This document shows, piece after piece, positions 59,626 through 64,000 of a stretch of 64,000 nucleotides of DNA. How positions within the stretch are numbered: position 1 is the stretch's first letter; the number at the start of each line of letters is the position of its first letter. The notes beneath the pieces were generated by a model that was not told where the DNA came from, made no database searches, and saw only the letters and a program-made list of their open reading frames with translations. Origin of the DNA: Spirochaetia bacterium. Its GTDB lineage: Bacteria > Spirochaetota > Spirochaetia > DSM-2461. The translations under genes and the position numbers were made by a program. The stretch lies in NCBI GenBank assembly GCA_963668315.1, contig OY764216.1, positions 4,384,001 through 4,448,000 of the forward strand, read 5' to 3'.

Positions 59626-60960
59626 TTATTTCACAGACGATTTAATCAGCCCTTCATAAGCATAAAGGGCTGCTCCGCATGCCGCTTCCTCTTTGAGATC
59701 GGAGAGAAAGAGACGGCAGTGAAATAACTCTTCAATAAGGCGGCGTACCAGAGGATTCCTCCGGATTCCGTTCCCGGAACCCACGATATGGCGAAGGATT
59801 TCCGGCCGATCCAGACTGTTTTCTTCCAGTAGATCCTTCAGTTCCCCGACCATCGCCTCGGCAAAAGCGTAAACAAGATGGGACGTGGTCAGATTATCCA
59901 GCTCAATATTCCCAATAGATCCCCGGACATCGGGATTTTCCCTGGTGCCGTTAAAAAAGGGTTCCACCCTCAAAGGAACGGGGGGAGAATGAAAATCCGC
60001 CTTATCAATGATTTCCAATATCTCCCTTTTTGACAGGGGTTTACCAAAAAAGGAGAGGACATCGCCCAGAAAATCCATCAGCATATCGAAGGACTTTCCA
60101 CCCGCCAGCGTCGCTCCCACCACCAGACATTTCCCGGGATAGGGTCTCACTTCCAGGCCCTTAAGACAAGAGGGAGGCTTGTCCATTAAGAGCGAGACCT
60201 GCCCTCCCGTACCAAGATTCAGAAGAAGGGACTCCTCTCGGCCCTCCATGGCGCCGTAGAAGCTGGCCTGGTTATCTCCCATGGATTGAAAGACCGGAAC
60301 TCCTTCCCCGTCCCATCCCATCTGATAATGAAAAGAAACGCATGCCGGCAGGAAATCAGTATGTCCCCACAAGCTCCGGATCTCATCCAGGCAGAAATCC
60401 CCCGCGTCCGGATCATAAAGCCCGAAACCGGCTCCTTCGCTCGGATCGATTGTCGCTTCGGTCAATCCGCAGAGCCTCATGCCCAGATATCCCCCTATGC
60501 TGACAATCCGGTAAGGGGAATCGGGGGCGAGACCCTTCAGAAAATTGTAGTAGTGGGTAGCCAGGGCGTAACCGGAGTAAACGGACTTTCCCGTCCTATC
60601 TTGTATGAGTTCCCGGGCCGATTTCCCCGCCGGCTCCACAGGAACTGCCGCCCGGTTGTCCTGCCAGGTGTAGAGAGGTCCAGAGGAACGGCCGTCCCCA
60701 TCGACATAAAGAAACCCGTGCATCTGACTGCTAATCCCGATACAGGCGATTTTCCCTTTCGCCTTTCCTTTCAGATCGGCGATAATCGATTCGGCTTTCT
60801 GCAGGATCACGTCGGGATTCTGGGTTCTCTCCCACTCATGGGGCGACGGGATGTCCGCTTCGCTGTTAACCGAAACGGCCTCCACCATTCTTTTCCCGGG
60901 AACTTCCAGAAGGACTCCCGCGATTTTTGTCGTGCCTATATCGATTCCCAGGATATACAT
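59626..60960 (-). CDS. FGGY carbohydrate kinase, sedoheptulokinase-like
   Basis: GIDIGTT, SSQMHG, TWQD, GDNQAS, NLGTGGQVS, GSGNG..RNP, EEAACGAA. Confidence 0.83.
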   Translation of the reverse strand: MYILGIDIGTTKIAGVLLEVPGKRMVEAVSVNSEADIPSPHEWERTQNPDVILQKAESIIADLKGKAKGKIACIGISSQMHGFLYVDGDGRSSGPLYTWQDNRAAVPVEPAGKSARELIQDRTGKSVYSGYALATHYYNFLKGLAPDSPYRIVSIGGYLGMRLCGLTEATIDPSEGAGFGLYDPDAGDFCLDEIRSLWGHTDFLPACVSFHYQMGWDGEGVPVFQSMGDNQASFYGAMEGREESLLLNLGTGGQVSLLMDKPPSCLKGLEVRPYPGKCLVVGATLAGGKSFDMLMDFLGDVLSFFGKPLSKREILEIIDKADFHSPPVPLRVEPFFNGTRENPDVRGSIGNIELDNLTTSHLVYAFAEAMVGELKDLLEENSLDRPEILRHIVGSGNGIRRNPLVRRLIEELFHCRLFLSDLKEEAACGAALYAYEGLIKSSVK

Positions 60961-60967
60961 TTCGCCC

Positions 60968-62158
60968 CTAGCGGTACGATTCCAGCAGCTCTTTGAAAGC
61001 GGGGAAAGACCGGCGGATCATCTGCTCGTCCACGCAGTAGGAAATTCTGACAAATCCGGGCGCTCCGAAACCGGTGGCCGAAACGAGAAGAAGATTTTTA
61101 GCCTTCGCCCGTTCGCAGAAGGCGTCGGAATCGGTCTCGGGGGCTTTGATAAAGAGATAGAACGCTCCGTCCGGATTAAAGCACTCGTAACCCATTTTCG
61201 TCAGTTCCCCATAAAGCAGATCCCTGTTTTTTCTGTACAGATCGATATCTCCCGTCTGGCCGGCGCACTTCTCGATAACCTTCTGAAACAGGCTGGGAGC
61301 ACAGACGTACCCCAGGGCTCTTCCCGCACCGCAGATCGCCGCATAAAGTTCCTTGCTGCCGGCCGCTTCGTCGGGAACGAGAACATAACCGATACGCGCG
61401 CCCGGCAGGGACAGGGATTTGCTGTAGGAGTAGCAGACCAGGGTATCGGCGTAATATTTCGTTACGAAGGGAACTTCCCTTCCGTCATATACGATTTCCC
61501 TGTAAGGTTCATCGGAAATGATAAAAACGGGATGTCCCATCTCCTCTGATTTTTTCGTAAGCAGTTCGGCAAGGGCTGCAATGGTCTCGGAGGAGTAGAC
61601 GATACCGGACGGATTGTTGGGAGAGTTGATGATAACCCCTTTGGTATTTTTCGTTATGCGCTTTTCCAATTCGGCAAAGTTTATCTGGAAATCCTTCGTT
61701 TCAGGGGGAACGACCACAAGTTTGGCGCCGGCTCCCTCGACGAAAACGCTATACTCCGGGAAGAAGGGAGCGATGGTGATAAACTCATCCTCCGGCGAAG
61801 TGGTCAGTGCCTTGAAACAGAGGGAGAGAGCGGCGGCGGCCCCCATGGTAAGATATAAATTATCCGCCCCGAAGGAAGTTCCGAACCGTGTATTCAGGTC
61901 CTCTGCGATAACCTCCCTGGCTTTCCCATCGCCCTGTGCCGATGTATACCCGAAAAGTTCACACGAAGAAAGAGAGGCCATGAGCTCTCTGATGGTTTCG
62001 TTTACGCTGTCCGGTGCGGGAACAGTGGGATTTCCGATACTGAAATCATAAACCTTTTCCGGTCCTACGATAGCGGCCTGTTTTTTTCCGTATTCGAACA
62101 GCTCTCTAATGGCAGACCGGTTGCTGCCCAACTCATACATTCTCTCAGATACAATCAT
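60968..62158 (-). CDS. PLP-dependent class I/II (aspartate) aminotransferase
   Basis: SIGNP, INSPNNPSG, SDEPY, SYSKSLSLPGARIG. Confidence 0.92.
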   Translation of the reverse strand: MIVSERMYELGSNRSAIRELFEYGKKQAAIVGPEKVYDFSIGNPTVPAPDSVNETIRELMASLSSCELFGYTSAQGDGKAREVIAEDLNTRFGTSFGADNLYLTMGAAAALSLCFKALTTSPEDEFITIAPFFPEYSVFVEGAGAKLVVVPPETKDFQINFAELEKRITKNTKGVIINSPNNPSGIVYSSETIAALAELLTKKSEEMGHPVFIISDEPYREIVYDGREVPFVTKYYADTLVCYSYSKSLSLPGARIGYVLVPDEAAGSKELYAAICGAGRALGYVCAPSLFQKVIEKCAGQTGDIDLYRKNRDLLYGELTKMGYECFNPDGAFYLFIKAPETDSDAFCERAKAKNLLLVSATGFGAPGFVRISYCVDEQMIRRSFPAFKELLESYR

Positions 62159-62351
62159 CTATTTTTCCTTTTTATGTTTTATTTTATCTATTATTCCCAT
62201 CTCAAAATCCCGCTCGGTCAAATCCGGCTGCAGATTGACTGCCCTGCTTCCGGCGGAGAAAATAACGCTTTATTCTGCGGAACAGTAACAAATTATTTTC
62301 AGAGTGTCTACTCAAAAAAGGGGCTGTCCCATAATGGGATTTCCGGATTTT

Positions 62352-63149
62352 TCAGCTGTAGTGCCTGCCCGTCTCTTCCAGCAAGGTACGCACGATCCTC
62401 TCCAGAACCGGAATCAGCCGGTCCGCTTTCTCCCGATGATAGGCGAAGGGAGGCTGCTCCTCCATATAGTTATACTGGGCCAGCTCAAGCTGCAGAGCAT
62501 GCTGATGCTTTTCCGGCTGACCGTAGGCGCGTGTGATATAACCGCCCTTGAAACGACCATTAATCACCCAGGAGTAGCTCTGCTTTCCGCAGCAATCGGC
62601 CAGGGATTCCTGAACCCGGGGCAGACAGCTGGCTCCGCTGTTGGTTCCCAGATTCAGATCGGGCAGCCGCCCTTCAAAAAGCCGGGGAATACGGGACGCG
62701 ATGGAGTGGGCGTCGAACAGGACGGCATAACCGAATTGTCCCTTAAGCTCATCAAGAACCGACTGTATTTTGTTATGATAGGGATACCAGATCTCTTTCA
62801 AAGACCTTTCCTTCTGTTCCGAGGAGAGCTCTTTTCCCGGAAGAAAGGCGGGAGTGCCGTTAAACAGAGTGGCGGGGAACAGTCCGGTTGTGGCGGTTTG
62901 ATACAAGGGCTGATCATCGGCCGGGCGGTTGAGATCGATCATCATGCGGGAGTACCGGGCGGTAAGGATATGGGCTCCCATGTCCCGGGCGAACCGGTAA
63001 AGAACCGGTATATGCCAGTCCGTATCGGGCAGCAAGCGGGCCTCATCGCTCAGTCCCGCGGCCACCTCCGGATCCAGTTCCGTTCCGCCGTGGGGAATGC
63101 TGATGAGCAGGGGAATGCTGCCCCCAATATATTCGTAGGAATCCATCAT
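62352..63149 (-). CDS. hutG: N-formylglutamate deformylase
   Basis: SIPHGG, DTDW, DLNRP, DAHSI, NGRFKGGYITR, LQLELAQ; divergent from hutF. Confidence 0.93.
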   Translation of the reverse strand: MMDSYEYIGGSIPLLISIPHGGTELDPEVAAGLSDEARLLPDTDWHIPVLYRFARDMGAHILTARYSRMMIDLNRPADDQPLYQTATTGLFPATLFNGTPAFLPGKELSSEQKERSLKEIWYPYHNKIQSVLDELKGQFGYAVLFDAHSIASRIPRLFEGRLPDLNLGTNSGASCLPRVQESLADCCGKQSYSWVINGRFKGGYITRAYGQPEKHQHALQLELAQYNYMEEQPPFAYHREKADRLIPVLERIVRTLLEETGRHYS

Positions 63150-63264
63150 AAAAAGCTCCTTTTCCGGTCATGGATAAGACAGTCTATTTATCTTGATCAA
63201 ATAGATTTATTACTATAAATTATCAGAAGAGATTATACAACAATCAGGAGATAATAGATACCAG

Positions 63265-64000
63265 GTGAAGCGTTATTTTTGTACTCATGCCCTGCTTTCT
63301 TCGGGATGGAAGGAACAGGTATTAATCGATGTCAATTCCGACGGATATATCGAATCAATAAAGGGCGGTGAGGAAAAACCCGCCCATGGCGAAACCATAC
63401 AAGGCTGGGTGATCCCCTCCATGGCGAATCTTCATTCCCACGCCTTTCAGCGTGGCATGGCGGGCCTCGCCGAAGTGGCGGGAAATCCCCAGGACAGCTT
63501 CTGGACCTGGCGGGAACAGATGTACAGCCTGGTGAATCAGCTGACCCCCGGACAGGTGGGTGTGATAGCAAGCTATCTTTACCTCTCTATGCTGAAGGGG
63601 GGTTATACCCAGGTCGCGGAGTTCAATTACCTCCACCACGATCCCCGGGGAAATCCCTACTCCGAAGACCTGATGGCAGCCGAGCTGATGCGGGCGGCGC
63701 AGACTGCCGGCATCGGTCAGACACTGCTTCCCGTTCTCTATACCTACTCCGGATTCGGCTCCCAGCCGGCGACTTCCGGACAGAAGCGGTTTATCCAGTC
63801 CACCGAATCCTATCTCAATCAGTTTTCAAACCTGGAAAAGCAGATGAATCACCCCCTGAATCAGCTGGGGATCTGCTTCCACTCCCTGCGGGCGGTGAGC
63901 ATAGAGCAGATTTCTCAGGTACGGGGCGATCTCTCCGTCGAATATCCCGTGCATATCCATATCGCCGAGCAGATGAAAGAGGTCAACGACTGCCTCGGCT
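63265..64000 (+). CDS. hutF: Formimidoylglutamate deiminase, 5' part, runs off the window
   Basis: Manual translation from GTG 63265: MKRYFCTHALLSSGW...NLHSHAFQRGMAGLAE..DSFWTWR..EFNYLHH..HSLRAV..HIHIAEQ. Confidence 0.93.
   Translation, partial: MKRYFCTHALLSSGWKEQVLIDVNSDGYIESIKGGEEKPAHGETIQGWVIPSMANLHSHAFQRGMAGLAEVAGNPQDSFWTWREQMYSLVNQLTPGQVGVIASYLYLSMLKGGYTQVAEFNYLHHDPRGNPYSEDLMAAELMRAAQTAGIGQTLLPVLYTYSGFGSQPATSGQKRFIQSTESYLNQFSNLEKQMNHPLNQLGICFHSLRAVSIEQISQVRGDLSVEYPVHIHIAEQMKEVNDCLG

Noticed and set aside
59431..59727. 98-aa + strand ORF or possible gene remnant
   Set aside because: TTG start without SD, overlaps the kinase 3' end, no recognisable family.
62160..62345. Short minus-strand open frame and hairpin between hutG and the aminotransferase
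   Set aside because: No convincing start or homology; the hairpin with T tract is at most a weak hutG terminator.
63170..63245. Possible HutC operator between hutG and hutF
   Set aside because: Only short imperfect dyads (AGAC-A-GTCT) in AT-rich DNA, too weak to call.
1..64000. CRISPR arrays, tRNA/rRNA genes, prophage
   Set aside because: No regularly spaced repeats, cloverleaf or rRNA signatures, or phage genes were seen in the short intergenic regions.

Overview
Ordinary chromosomal segment of a GC-rich bacterium. The gene content and protein families point to a free-living Spirochaetales organism (inferred, not proven). Housekeeping blocks are lpdA/pdhC, purE-scpA-scpB-rluB-cmk-rpsA, mutL, pyrK-pyrD, pth, malic enzyme, glpK and hutG/hutF. 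They are interleaved with signalling genes: a CHASE2 adenylate cyclase, a GAF-sigma54 activator, a STAS-kinase/PP2C pair, a hybrid kinase with HD-GYP and REC partners, and an MCP. There are also several redox loci. No rRNA, tRNA, CRISPR array or intact transposase was seen. The most interesting items are: (1) a three-gene operon divergent from a DtxR regulator, encoding a 4-His membrane protein, an exported flavodoxin-like protein with a flavinylation-like motif and a NOX/ferric-reductase protein; (2) late menaquinone genes (ubiD/ubiA/ubiX, Mqn-type) embedded inside an ABC importer operon; (3) a TPR-inactive-Mrr / metallophosphoesterase / ParB-Srx-like operon; (4) a SelB-like protein without a GTPase domain, head-to-head with an orphan HTH-N6-methyltransferase; (5) two MITE-like elements, two Flavo-1-like RNA repeats and several readable operators. 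All calls come from motif recognition by eye; no database searches were run.
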